A stretch of 64,000 nt of DNA, from the IMG/VR virus record IMGVR_UViG_3300036398_002324; one strand, written 5' to 3'. Origin of the DNA: a virus. The notes under the pieces are model-generated. The model was not told where the DNA came from, made no database searches, and saw only the letters and a program-made list of their open reading frames with translations. Below, one piece after another: positions 40,557-50,387 of the stretch. Position numbers and translations under genes: made by a program. The stretch's first letter is position 1, and each line of letters begins with the position of its first letter.

Positions 40557-40760
40557 ATGGAACCATCAAAGCACTGGACGCTAGAAGTACAACAACATGA
40601 AGATGGAGATTACTTCATTGAATTTCCTGATGATGTTCTTGCTGAAGCTAATTGGAAAGAAGGCGATGTGATTGAATGGATTGATAATAAAGATGGTTCT
40701 TGGACATTGCGTAAAAAATTAGATGATAATCATGAAAATACTGATGAATCTAAAGAGTAA
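40557..40760 (+). CDS. AbrB/MazE-like swapped-hairpin protein
   Basis: IEFPDDVLAEANWKEGDVIEW motif; true start lies after tRNA-Gly. Confidence 0.55.
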   Translation: MEPSKHWTLEVQQHEDGDYFIEFPDDVLAEANWKEGDVIEWIDNKDGSWTLRKKLDDNHENTDESKE

Positions 40761-40802
40761 ATATGTTTAAATAAACGTGTTGTTATTTTTATAGGAGTTG
40801 TT

Positions 40803-41237
40803 ATGAGTTTGAAAGGCACAAAAACCGCAGAGTGTTTGAAAGAAGCTTTTGCGGGTGAATCTATGGCAAATCGTCGCTATCTGTATTTTGCAAATCAGTG
40901 CGATATTTCAGGTGAGAATGATTTGGCTGCATTGTTCCGTTCTACTGCTGAAGGTGAAACAGGACATGCACACGGTCACATGGAATATTTAATTGAAGGC
41001 GGTGCTGGCGAACCCGGTACAGACTTGCCGGCGAAAACTGCAAAAGAAATGCTAGAAGCTGCTGTTCATGGCGAAACGCATGAATATTCAGATATGTATC
41101 CTGGCATGGCGAAAATTGCACGTGATGAAGGTTTTGATGAAGTTGCTGATTGGTTTGAAACTTTGGCGAAAGCTGAACGTTCTCACGCTAATCGTTATCA
41201 AAAAGCGTTGGATAAACATATTGCAGAAAATTCTTAA
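40803..41237 (+). CDS. Rubrerythrin
   Basis: [32 protein letters not shown] diiron motifs. Confidence 0.92.
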   Translation: MSLKGTKTAECLKEAFAGESMANRRYLYFANQCDISGENDLAALFRSTAEGETGHAHGHMEYLIEGGAGEPGTDLPAKTAKEMLEAAVHGETHEYSDMYPGMAKIARDEGFDEVADWFETLAKAERSHANRYQKALDKHIAENS

Positions 41238-41247
41238 GGAGAAAACT

Positions 41248-41322
41248 ATGAACTGGACTACACCTGCGGCACAAGATATGCGTTTTGGTTTTGAAATCAC
41301 AATGTACATCGCTAATCGTTAA
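41248..41322 (+). CDS. pqqA: Pyrroloquinoline quinone precursor peptide
   Basis: MNWTTPAAQDMRFGFEITMYIANR; W..P, GFE and E-X3-Y motifs; SD AGGAGA. Confidence 0.92.
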   Translation: MNWTTPAAQDMRFGFEITMYIANR

Positions 41323-41332
41323 TCAGTAAAAT

Positions 41333-41357
41333 AAAAGCGGCTTAGGCCGCTTTTTTT
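41333..41357. terminator. Bidirectional intrinsic terminator
   Basis: AAAAGCGGC-TTAG-GCCGCTTTTTTT between convergent genes. Confidence 0.8.
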
Positions 41358-41529
41358 CTTTCCCTATAAGCTTTTATTCTATAGTCTGCATCGTGTTTCA
41401 TATTCTTCAATGCAGCATTTGTTATCATGGCAAAATGATTGCTGCGTGTGACAAGAATTAGAGTATTATCTTCATTTGTATAAACAAAGTAAAATAATTC
41501 TCCATCAATAACTTGAATTTTCAACATTC

Positions 41530-42300
41530 TTATTTCGGCTCACAATCAACCCATTTTAAGTTATTATATTGCTCATAACCCCAAGTTCCTTTTGGTATCA
41601 AACATGTTCCAAGTTCTGGTCTTTCAGCTTTTCTTATCTCAACGATACTCCACACTAAGGCAATAAAATAAAGAATTGAAAATGTTATAAGACTCCAACG
41701 AACAATTCTTTTTCTTAAATACGCCAATCTTCTTGCTCTTGTTGCTGCCGCTTTTTTATCTTTTTCTTTTTTAATTGTTATTGCAACCGATTGCTCATAC
41801 TTAATGCGTTCCATCATTTTTTCGGTACGAGTGTATAAATCACCTAATTCTGTCGGACATTGGTACACCATAATTTCACGAAGTTCTGCTTTCATTGCAT
41901 CAAGGCGACTTATCATCAAAACACGTTGTAATGCTCTTTTACCTAAACTCATTTCACCTGTGTAAACATCAAATGCATGTTTTTCTTCTTCTTCAAAGAT
42001 TGCCATACATTTCGCATAGTTTTCAAAATAAGTTCCTAGTTCTTCTCCTATTTGTGTGAATACATCATCTGGCTGCTTTTTGCTAAGTTCAATAATTCTA
42101 TTTTTTTCTTCAATAAATTGATTCTTCTCTGCAACTGTTGGAGCTTTATCTTTAAACTTTGCATGAAACTGTTCATCAAGGTCCGATAGAATTCCTTTAA
42201 CATCACCTGCGGCTGATGCTATCTCTTTATAAAGGGCACATCCCTGCTTAACGGCTGCAACTGCACCGTTTGCCAGAGCAAAGAGTGTTATCGGATCCAT
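41530..42300 (-). CDS. Hypothetical coiled-coil protein with C-terminal TM
   Basis: 256 aa ORF, MDPITLFA start; minus-strand island. Confidence 0.6.
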   Translation of the reverse strand: MDPITLFALANGAVAAVKQGCALYKEIASAAGDVKGILSDLDEQFHAKFKDKAPTVAEKNQFIEEKNRIIELSKKQPDDVFTQIGEELGTYFENYAKCMAIFEEEEKHAFDVYTGEMSLGKRALQRVLMISRLDAMKAELREIMVYQCPTELGDLYTRTEKMMERIKYEQSVAITIKKEKDKKAAATRARRLAYLRKRIVRWSLITFSILYFIALVWSIVEIRKAERPELGTCLIPKGTWGYEQYNNLKWVDCEPK

Positions 42301-42307
42301 AGAATAC

Positions 42308-42523
42308 TTAAACTTTCTTCTTTTTTTCTATCGAATCTTTTAACATATTTTTGAAAAGTCTGACGGTATTTTGCACATTCTTTTCCGCAAATACTTTTAC
42401 TACCATCAACTTTTCGTCATAGCTATTTGCGTTCTCCAAAAATTCTTTAGGAACAGCAAGTTTCTTTTTTTTGGGTTTAAATTTGTCTAATTTAGCTTTT
42501 ACGTCTTCCGAATCATCGGACAT
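42308..42523 (-). CDS. Hypothetical protein
   Basis: ORF with SD AAGG; same island. Confidence 0.5.
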   Translation of the reverse strand: MSDDSEDVKAKLDKFKPKKKKLAVPKEFLENANSYDEKLMVVKVFAEKNVQNTVRLFKNMLKDSIEKKKKV

Positions 42524-42703
42524 GTTAGGATTTCCTTGAATGTGTTACAATCACGAAAATCACTAATACTATGAACTGAACGGGTATCCAAACATCCGGA
42601 CACTCAGTTAGTATGGGAAATCATTGCCACAAATCACACTTGACAATCACCTAATATTTATGCTATACTGTGATTTCGTGAATAAATACATGCAGGAGTT
42701 ATT

Positions 42704-43771
42704 ATGAGTAAGTCAATTGACATAAAAGCAATCTTATCAAACAACAAAGAACCCAAGTTTTCGGGTGAATTGTCACAATCGCAACTGACTCAGGCGCTGA
42801 ACTGGTACGCCCAGAATCGTGATTCCAAAGATGCAACAAAATATGCATCCGACTATCTCAAAAAGAAATACAAAATAACGGGCCTGGATGCTCTTAAAAC
42901 CGTTCCGACTACATTTGGGTTTCTGTGTCGTATCGTAAGCACCGGAGGGGTCCTAGATGGTTCCAACGCTGCCTGGTTTGATGAGACTGTCAACAAAATC
43001 AAAAACACAAAACAAGTTACAAAAGTTGTAACAGAGAAGACTGCGAACATCCAGGATTATATTAAAAGAAAAGCAAGTGATTGTATTGGTGAACTGGAAG
43101 GTCAAATTGACGATTTGATAATTTCTGATTTCAAAGCAGATGTTTCACCTTTTGCAACAATGAACAATTTTGAAATAAAAGCAGCACATACAAAATTTGT
43201 AATAGAACATTTCAAAAAACGTCGAGTTGAATATGATGAAGTTTTGACAACAACCGATTCTGATATCAAAGAAGCATATTCAAACTTTACAAAAACGCAA
43301 CTTAAAAAATTGGTAGCATACTGTGACCAAGTAATTGTTGATGGTATGAAATTAGCTGGTGAAGCGGTAAAGTCACGCAAGCCCCGTAAGCGTAAAGCAA
43401 AGTCTGCCGAACAAATTGTTGGTAAGATGAATTATGCAAAAGATTTTGCTGAAATGAAACTTGTATCTGTTGATCCGAAAACAATCATTGGTGCATCATC
43501 GTTGTGGGTGTATAATACCAAAACACGAAAGCTTGGCGTGTATCATGCACTTGATGCTGCTGGTTTGAATATCAAAGGTTCAACAATACAAAACTTTGCC
43601 GAAAGCAAATCAATATGTAAAACACTTCGTAAACCTGAAGTAACAATACCGGAAGTTTTAAAAGCGGGTAAAGTTACACTCCGTACTTTATTAACAGATA
43701 CTCGTGCCGCAGAAAAAGTGTTGACTGGTCGTATTAATACTGATACAATTCTATTGAGAGTGACAAAATGA
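42704..43771 (+). CDS. Conserved T4-like hypothetical protein
   Basis: ALNWY, LWVYNTKTRKL, KTLRKP, GRIN motifs; promoter TTGACA(42640)..TATACT. Confidence 0.6.
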   Translation: MSKSIDIKAILSNNKEPKFSGELSQSQLTQALNWYAQNRDSKDATKYASDYLKKKYKITGLDALKTVPTTFGFLCRIVSTGGVLDGSNAAWFDETVNKIKNTKQVTKVVTEKTANIQDYIKRKASDCIGELEGQIDDLIISDFKADVSPFATMNNFEIKAAHTKFVIEHFKKRRVEYDEVLTTTDSDIKEAYSNFTKTQLKKLVAYCDQVIVDGMKLAGEAVKSRKPRKRKAKSAEQIVGKMNYAKDFAEMKLVSVDPKTIIGASSLWVYNTKTRKLGVYHALDAAGLNIKGSTIQNFAESKSICKTLRKPEVTIPEVLKAGKVTLRTLLTDTRAAEKVLTGRINTDTILLRVTK

Positions 43772-43865
43772 CGATGCGCGGTTATTACTACCGTAAATTT
43801 AAATTCCATTTGAAACTTACATTCTTATTTTTGTTCAAAGGTGTAGTTCTAGGAAAACACGTAAA

Positions 43866-44714
43866 ATGATAATTTTTGACTACAATCAAGTGGCAATCTC
43901 GTCACTTATGGAACAAATCGGTTCATCTAAAAAACCGGTTGAAGAAAATCTTGTTCGACATATGATATTGAATGTTATTCGGACATATGTAAAAAAATTC
44001 AAAGAAACTTATGGACCAGAAGTTGTGATTGCTTGTGATAATCGCAATTACTGGCGCCGTGAGTATTTTCCCCAATACAAAGCAAGTCGTAAGAAGAGCA
44101 GAGATGCATCTGGTCATGATTGGAATTCAATCTTTGATTGTTTGCATAAAATTAAAACTGAACTTAAAGAGCATTCACCATATAAAGTGATTGATGTGGA
44201 AACTGCTGAAGCCGACGATATTATTGCCACATTAACGATACTCAAATCAGCTAGTGAAAAGGTAATGATTCTTTCTTCGGATAAAGATTTTGCACAACTA
44301 CAGAAATATCCTAATGTGCAACAATATTCTCCCATACTAAAGAAGTTTATCAATGAACCTCTGCCTGCTGTTCAGTTGAAGCAGATGATTATTCGTGGTG
44401 ACAAGGGTGATGGTATTCCCAACATTCTGACACAAGATAATGTGTTTATTGAAGGCGGTCGTCAAAAGCCTATTACTGAAGCAAAGATTATTAACTGGCT
44501 GAATCAAAAGCCAGAAGAATTTTGTAATGACGATATGCTTCGCAACTACAAACGAAATGAACTTCTGATTGATTTGACCAAAGTTCCAGAAACTCTTCAA
44601 AAAAGTATTATAGATACATATGAATCTTCTGCTGGTCATCCAAAACAGAAGTTTATGAATTATATGATTGCAAACAAACTAAAAAATTTACTTGAGGTAG
44701 TCCATGAGTTCTGA
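43866..44714 (+). CDS. rnh: T4-type RNase H (5'-3' exonuclease)
   Basis: YWRR..FPQYKASR, EADDII, SSDKDFAQL, GDKGDGIPN. Confidence 0.92.
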   Translation: MIIFDYNQVAISSLMEQIGSSKKPVEENLVRHMILNVIRTYVKKFKETYGPEVVIACDNRNYWRREYFPQYKASRKKSRDASGHDWNSIFDCLHKIKTELKEHSPYKVIDVETAEADDIIATLTILKSASEKVMILSSDKDFAQLQKYPNVQQYSPILKKFINEPLPAVQLKQMIIRGDKGDGIPNILTQDNVFIEGGRQKPITEAKIINWLNQKPEEFCNDDMLRNYKRNELLIDLTKVPETLQKSIIDTYESSAGHPKQKFMNYMIANKLKNLLEVVHEF

Positions 44715-45135
44715 AAAACTTTATTCTGAAATCTTTGAAGATTTTGAAAAAGCTACAACCAAACAAGAACGTATAAATCTTCTACGCCGTGAGGGTGATG
44801 AACGATTTCGATTCTTTCTTCAACTAGTATTCAACCCTGCAATTGAGTTTGATATTGTGTTACCACACATTTATCGACCTGCTAAAGACCCTGCGGGTTT
44901 AAACTATGCATACCTTGACACTGAAATGCCGAAGATGTATCGGTTTATCAAAAATCATCCAATGCGACCACAAGAATTTACCGCAGATAAGACTACACAA
45001 TTAATTTTGGTTATGCTAGAATCTCTTCATAGAGATGAAGCAGCAATGATTCTTAAAGTCTTCCAGAAAGATTTCAAAGTAAAACATTTAACTCCTTCTT
45101 TGGTAAAAGAAGCATTTCCTGATTTGATTATATGA
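44704..45135 (+). CDS. Conserved T4-like hypothetical protein
   Basis: LESLH..EA and VKEAFP motifs; usually downstream of rnh. Confidence 0.55.
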   Translation: MSSEKLYSEIFEDFEKATTKQERINLLRREGDERFRFFLQLVFNPAIEFDIVLPHIYRPAKDPAGLNYAYLDTEMPKMYRFIKNHPMRPQEFTADKTTQLILVMLESLHRDEAAMILKVFQKDFKVKHLTPSLVKEAFPDLII

Positions 45136-45572
45136 AAATAGTCGTTGTCTCTGGCGGATTTGACCCAATTCATTCCGGGCATCTTGCAATGTTGCGTGAA
45201 GCATCCGGTATGGGTGACAAACTTATTGTTGGCGTAAACTCTGATGCATGGCTTACACGTAAAAAAGGTAAGCCATTTATGAACATTCGTGAACGCAAGG
45301 CAATACTTCAATCCATTCGTTGGGTTGATGAAGTATGGGAGTTTGATGATTCTGATGGCACTGCATGTGAATTGCTTGAGCGTGTAAGAACTCATCATCA
45401 ACAAATATTACCAATATTGTCTAACTTTTCAATTTGGTTTGCGAATGGTGGTGATAGAAATGAATCTAACAACGCTGAAGCAAATGTGCCAAATATTAAT
45501 TTTGTATATGGTGTTGGCGGCAGTAATAAAATGAACTCATCATCTTGGATATTAAGGAACTGGAATGAGTAA
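45132..45572 (+). CDS. Cytidylyl/adenylyltransferase (RfaE domain II/TagD-like)
   Basis: GGFDPIHSGH (HxGH), NSD, NGGDR, SSS motifs. Confidence 0.85.
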   Translation: MKIVVVSGGFDPIHSGHLAMLREASGMGDKLIVGVNSDAWLTRKKGKPFMNIRERKAILQSIRWVDEVWEFDDSDGTACELLERVRTHHQQILPILSNFSIWFANGGDRNESNNAEANVPNINFVYGVGGSNKMNSSSWILRNWNE

Positions 45573-45714
45573 TGGTGGAAAAGGCTCAAAGCCAAGACCC
45601 ATTGAAATACCACGTGAAAAATTCAATGATAACTGGGATAAAATTTTTAAGAAAAGGGTGAAGGATGAAAGTAGCAGTGGTAACACCGACAATCGGAGCA
45701 ACAACTCTAAGTGA
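45565..45714 (+). CDS. Small peptide GGKGSKPRP...NWDKIF (not in ORF track)
   Basis: Manual translation, 49 aa. Confidence 0.45.
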   Translation: MSNGGKGSKPRPIEIPREKFNDNWDKIFKKRVKDESSSGNTDNRSNNSK

Positions 45715-46417
45715 TTGTCTTCAATCTGTTGATGAACAGACCTATGATAATCTGACACATTATGTTTTTCTTGATGGTAAAGAACATGAAAGCAAAATTT
45801 GGCATCAGATGGAAGGCGCAACAAAAGTTAAAACCGTTCGTCTTGAAGAAAATATCGGAAAAGGCTGGTATGGTCATCGTGTATACGCTGCATGTGGTTT
45901 TCTTGTCAATGCTGATGTTATATGTTACCTCGATGAAGATAATTGGCTTGAGCCTAATCACATTGAGAAGTTGGTTGATAGAATCAAAAAAGGCGCTGAT
46001 TGGGCGTATTCATTAAGAAAAATTTACGATAAAGAAGGTAACTTTCTTTGTGAAGACAATTGTGAATCACTAGGACAATGGCCAATTTATTTTAATCCCG
46101 ATGCGTATCATATTGATACATCCTCATTTATGGTAAAAGCTGATATTGCTCGTAATTTGAGTATGGCTTGGTATGCACAGTGGGGAGCTGACAGACAATT
46201 CTTCAATGCACTGAAACAATATTTTCCAAACTTTTCTTGTTCAAAAGAATATTCACTATGTTATAGACTTGATGGTAATCCTAAATCAGTTACGGCAGAT
46301 TTTTTTGAAAAAGGTAATAAAGAAAATGCTAAGAAATACTCAAATGGATTTCCTTGGCAGCAACAATATAAAGAAGAGTACACTGTTGGACCTGGTATAA
46401 CTATAGTGAGTGGATAA
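45665..46417 (+). CDS. Glycosyltransferase family 2
   Basis: VVTPTIG, YLDEDN (DxD-like), WGADR. Confidence 0.82.
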   Translation: MKVAVVTPTIGATTLSDCLQSVDEQTYDNLTHYVFLDGKEHESKIWHQMEGATKVKTVRLEENIGKGWYGHRVYAACGFLVNADVICYLDEDNWLEPNHIEKLVDRIKKGADWAYSLRKIYDKEGNFLCEDNCESLGQWPIYFNPDAYHIDTSSFMVKADIARNLSMAWYAQWGADRQFFNALKQYFPNFSCSKEYSLCYRLDGNPKSVTADFFEKGNKENAKKYSNGFPWQQQYKEEYTVGPGITIVSG

Positions 46418-46908
46418 TGATAATCGAAGATACAAGCCTTAAAGGCGTTAAATTAATTAAACCAACTGTTTATGAAGACTATCGTGGCACGAATATTGAA
46501 ACGTGGCACAAAGATAATTATGAGCAGTTAGGCGTAAACTTTATTCTTGATAGCGTGTCAACATCCCGTAGACATACACTACGTGGTATTCATGGAGATG
46601 ATTGTACAACAAAACTTGTTTCGTGTTTACATGGAACAATTTATCAAATCGTAATCAATCTTGATGAAGATTCTGACCAATATGGTCAATGGCAAGAATT
46701 TACTTTGTCAGACAGAAACGGATATCAAGTTCTATTGCCTCCGAAACATGGTAATGCACACTTGGTAATGTCGGAGCATTGTGTGTTCAGTTACAAGCTT
46801 GACCAGTATTATGACCGCAAATCACAATACACTGTCAAGTGGAACGATGAGCGTTTTAATATTTACTGGCCAATTAAAAATCCTATTTTATCTGAGAGAG
46901 ATAGATGA
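46417..46908 (+). CDS. rmlC: dTDP-4-dehydrorhamnose 3,5-epimerase-like cupin
   Basis: DYRG, LRGIH, GNAH, WP..NPILSERD. Confidence 0.85.
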   Translation: MIIEDTSLKGVKLIKPTVYEDYRGTNIETWHKDNYEQLGVNFILDSVSTSRRHTLRGIHGDDCTTKLVSCLHGTIYQIVINLDEDSDQYGQWQEFTLSDRNGYQVLLPPKHGNAHLVMSEHCVFSYKLDQYYDRKSQYTVKWNDERFNIYWPIKNPILSERDR

Positions 46909-47867
46909 GAATAGCGTTAGTAACGGGTGGTTCAGGTTATCTAGGTTCACATCTTGGTAAAGCACTGAAGAAAGCTGGTTACTTTACAGTGTGTTTTGAT
47001 ATTAAAACACCACAGAATGATATCTACTGGGATGTTTATTCTCCTGGTGATATTCGGTCACATGAAGATTTATCAAGAGTATTTGTAAACTGGACACCAG
47101 ATATTGTTTTCCATCTTGCGGGTCGTATTGAAGTTGGTGAATCAGTTTTATCTCCTGAAGTGTTTTGGGATGTCAATGTAGGTGGCACGTGCAATCTATT
47201 AAATTTTATGAGATGTTACAATGTTAGGAATATTGTTTATTCTTCTACTGCCGGCGTTTATCGTTCTCAGCACACTACACTCTCTGAGAAAGCGGAAATA
47301 ACAAATAACAATCCATATTCAAACAGCAAATATGCTGCCGAATGTGCGATTCGTGACTCCAAAACAAAACATATTATTTTTAGATTCTTCAATCTTGCGG
47401 GTGCAGACCCAGACGGTGAAATGGGCGAAATGCATGAACCCGAAACACATTTGATTCCGCTAATGTTCGAAAGTCTAAATAATAAAAAGGAGTTTATTGT
47501 AAATGGTAACGATTATAATACACCTGATGGTACATGTATTCGTGATTTTGTGCATGTTTCCGATGTAGCAGATGCTCATGTGTTAGCTGACAATTATTTA
47601 CAAACAAAGTACGAAAGTCAACCTACTCTGTTCAATTTAGGATTAGGAAAAGGTTACACCAACTTGCAAGTTATAAACACCGCAATGTCTGAACTTAAAC
47701 TTAATATTGAATATCAAATTGGTAAAAGAAGAGAAGGTGACCCATCAAAACTCGTTGCCAACATAGATTTGGCAAAACAACACCTTAATTTTAAACCTAA
47801 ACATAATTTAAAATCCATTTTAAAAACAGCTTTTAACTGGCATGAATACCAACGACAAATCGATTGA
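46905..47867 (+). CDS. galE: UDP-glucose 4-epimerase-like SDR
   Basis: TGGSGYLGSH, YxxxK, PETHLIP, DGTCIRDFVHV. Confidence 0.88.
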   Translation: MRIALVTGGSGYLGSHLGKALKKAGYFTVCFDIKTPQNDIYWDVYSPGDIRSHEDLSRVFVNWTPDIVFHLAGRIEVGESVLSPEVFWDVNVGGTCNLLNFMRCYNVRNIVYSSTAGVYRSQHTTLSEKAEITNNNPYSNSKYAAECAIRDSKTKHIIFRFFNLAGADPDGEMGEMHEPETHLIPLMFESLNNKKEFIVNGNDYNTPDGTCIRDFVHVSDVADAHVLADNYLQTKYESQPTLFNLGLGKGYTNLQVINTAMSELKLNIEYQIGKRREGDPSKLVANIDLAKQHLNFKPKHNLKSILKTAFNWHEYQRQID

Positions 47868-48375
47868 TTTTGAACAACTCACAAATTTTCTTTCAGGTGG
47901 TATTGATACGAATAGTATTGAATCACTTTCGAAATGGATAATGAGTGCGAAGTTTAATAAAATCGATAAGCCACTAACACTACACATAAACTCTGAAGGT
48001 GGAGAATTGGGTAGTGCTATAGGCTTGGTTGACTTGATGCGTGGTGTGGGTATACCAATACGCACACTTGGTTATGGAAATATCATGAGTGCAGCGTTTG
48101 TGATTTTCGCTGCCGGAGAAAAAGGTTATCGAGCAATAGGAAAAAACACTACAATAATGATTCATCAGTTTAGTGATACTATGGAGGGAAAGTATCATGA
48201 TATGCGTTCTTATGCAAAAGAATGCGACCGATATAATCATAAAATGGCACAACTACTTTCCGAGTGTTCGAATCTTTCTGTCCGAGATGTAAAATCAAAA
48301 TTTCTCAGACCAACAGATGTTTGGTTGTCTGCGGAAGAACTTGTTGAATATGGTATAGCAGATATTATCTTTTAG
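47842..48375 (+). CDS. ClpP-like protease
   Basis: INSEGG, MSAA (Ser), MIHQ (His), EYGIAD. Confidence 0.82.
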   Translation: MNTNDKSIDFEQLTNFLSGGIDTNSIESLSKWIMSAKFNKIDKPLTLHINSEGGELGSAIGLVDLMRGVGIPIRTLGYGNIMSAAFVIFAAGEKGYRAIGKNTTIMIHQFSDTMEGKYHDMRSYAKECDRYNHKMAQLLSECSNLSVRDVKSKFLRPTDVWLSAEELVEYGIADIIF

Positions 48376-48768
48376 GAGCAATAAATATGTTGTCTGGAGG
48401 CAATAAATTTCAGAAAACGAAAAAAACCAAGTTTAACAAAAATCGTGAGACTTATGAAAATCCACCAATGAAGAATCAAAAACATCGTGACAAATCGATG
48501 TATAGATTACTAAAACAGGAAAAAGATTATGTCATATAGAGAAGTAATTAAAAATCGGATTATTGAGTTAGAGAAAAAAATTCAAGAATCCAATAATGAC
48601 CGAATAGCACTAGAAGCTTTACGTTCAGAATTAGTCAAGCTTAACATGCAAGATTTTGAGGAAGATATGCGTGAAGAATCTGGACAGCAGTTGCTAAAAG
48701 GTTAAGCATCTGTTGTACAAAAACAACATGTAGTTGACATTCATCAGTTTTCGTAGTATTCTATTATT

Positions 48769-49128
48769 ATGAAAACTGTTCCTACAATAGGCTCTGATAT
48801 AGAAGTCTCTTGCAAATTTTATACTGGTGTCAGTAAATTTGCAGGTACCGTTATTACTCCTTACAAATGGCTATCAGCCGACGAGTTTTGTTTGCAAACT
48901 GGCAACAAAGCATTTCCTATTTCTGTTATCAATTTGAAATCTGTTGTTGATTTGAAAATACTTAAAGGTTCGACAACAAAAACCCGCAAGTTCAAAATCA
49001 AAGGTTCTAAAGACCATGAATATTTTGTAACTTTAGTAAATGACAATTATTCTTGTTCTTGTATTGGTTTCAAATATCACAATAAATGTAAACACATATC
49101 AAAAGTGAAAGAGATTATTACCAAATAA
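48769..49128 (+). CDS. SWIM zinc-finger protein
   Basis: CSCIGF...CKH. Confidence 0.7.
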   Translation: MKTVPTIGSDIEVSCKFYTGVSKFAGTVITPYKWLSADEFCLQTGNKAFPISVINLKSVVDLKILKGSTTKTRKFKIKGSKDHEYFVTLVNDNYSCSCIGFKYHNKCKHISKVKEIITK

Positions 49129-49132
49129 CCTC

Positions 49133-49161
49133 TTGACAATCCACAACCGCGTTGATATAAT
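49133..49161 (+). promoter_or_regulatory. sigma70-type promoter
   Basis: TTGACA-17-TATAAT. Confidence 0.75.
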
Positions 49162-49566
49162 GGTATTGTTATGATGATTCGTATATACTCAAAGTCGAAG
49201 AAGAAAAAGTTGACAAAGAAGCAATTGCAAGAACAGCAAGACTTCATTGCTTCAATCAACAAGATACCGCTACCTTCTGGTGGCAAGTATCCTGCTGCTG
49301 CGACTCAAAAAGTCAAAGAGAAGTCACTGATGCCGTATCGTGTTCCGCGTGATGTGGTAAGCGCACCATCACTACCTGACACACACAAAGGCGCATTGAC
49401 TAAAACGGGTATCATGAAAGACTATCACAAACTCTCACCCGCCGACCGTGAGATTGTGAACGATGTTGCATCCTGTACGGCACCAATGCACAAGGGTAAT
49501 TATGTTTACGTTACTCCTGGCATGAATCCTGCGGGTCTTGGTCGGAAAAACGAAGTATTGTAATGC

Positions 49567-49595
49567 TTGACAAACTAACCAAGCTTTGCTATACT
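49567..49595 (+). promoter_or_regulatory. sigma70-type promoter
   Basis: TTGACA-17-TATACT. Confidence 0.75.
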
Positions 49596-50387
49596 ATTAT
49601 TTCTACTGTTGAATGGAGTTTTGATTATGGCACAAACTAAATCGGCCACTTATTGGTCACAGCGTAAAGCAAAAAGTTCTGGCAAACTTGTTCGTTGGGA
49701 ACGTCTTTTGACTGTTCTTGGCAACGGTGGTGTTGTTACTCTCAAAGAGATTCAAGATACAATGGAATATCCCAATATGTATCGAATCGGTGCTGAGATT
49801 CTGACACTGAAATACAATGGTGGTGTTGTTCGTGCAAACAAAAATGGTCGTAATGTTGTCGGTTACGAACTTATTAATGCACAAGAAATGGTTGCAAAAT
49901 TTCTGACACCACGTGGCTTCACTGTTGCAAACATTGTTGGTCGTGTAGATAACATTGAAAAACTTTCTGATCTCAAATCAGAAGTTCAACCTAAAGCAAC
50001 AAAAACTAAAAAAACAAAAGTTGAAGAAACACTTGAGGTTGAAGAAGTTACTGAGTAAACAGTTTCGGGGTGATTGCCGTCAGCGGGACATAGGCTCATC
50101 ATTAAATAACAATGAATGTCGGGAGACATCCACGTGCCCCTTCCTCTTTTTGCAAGGTAAAAAATGTCCAAACTCAAAGATTGGTTAGTTACAAAATATT
50201 TAAATTTCGAAACACAAGCCGTCAAAGCAATGCAGACGGCTGATTTTTATGGTAATCTTTTTACCGAACGGCAAAAGTTTTACATTGCCGTTTTTTTCAT
50301 GTTGTTGATGTTAATGGCAGGTCTTTATGGCGCAGTTCAATTCATAGGTCTTGTTTATATCATGAGTAAATTAACACCCGAAGATAA

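Noticed and set aside
41068-41247. N-terminal part of the 84-aa ORF 41068-41322
   Set aside because: It overlaps rubrerythrin out of frame; the real gene is pqqA from ATG 41248 with its own SD.
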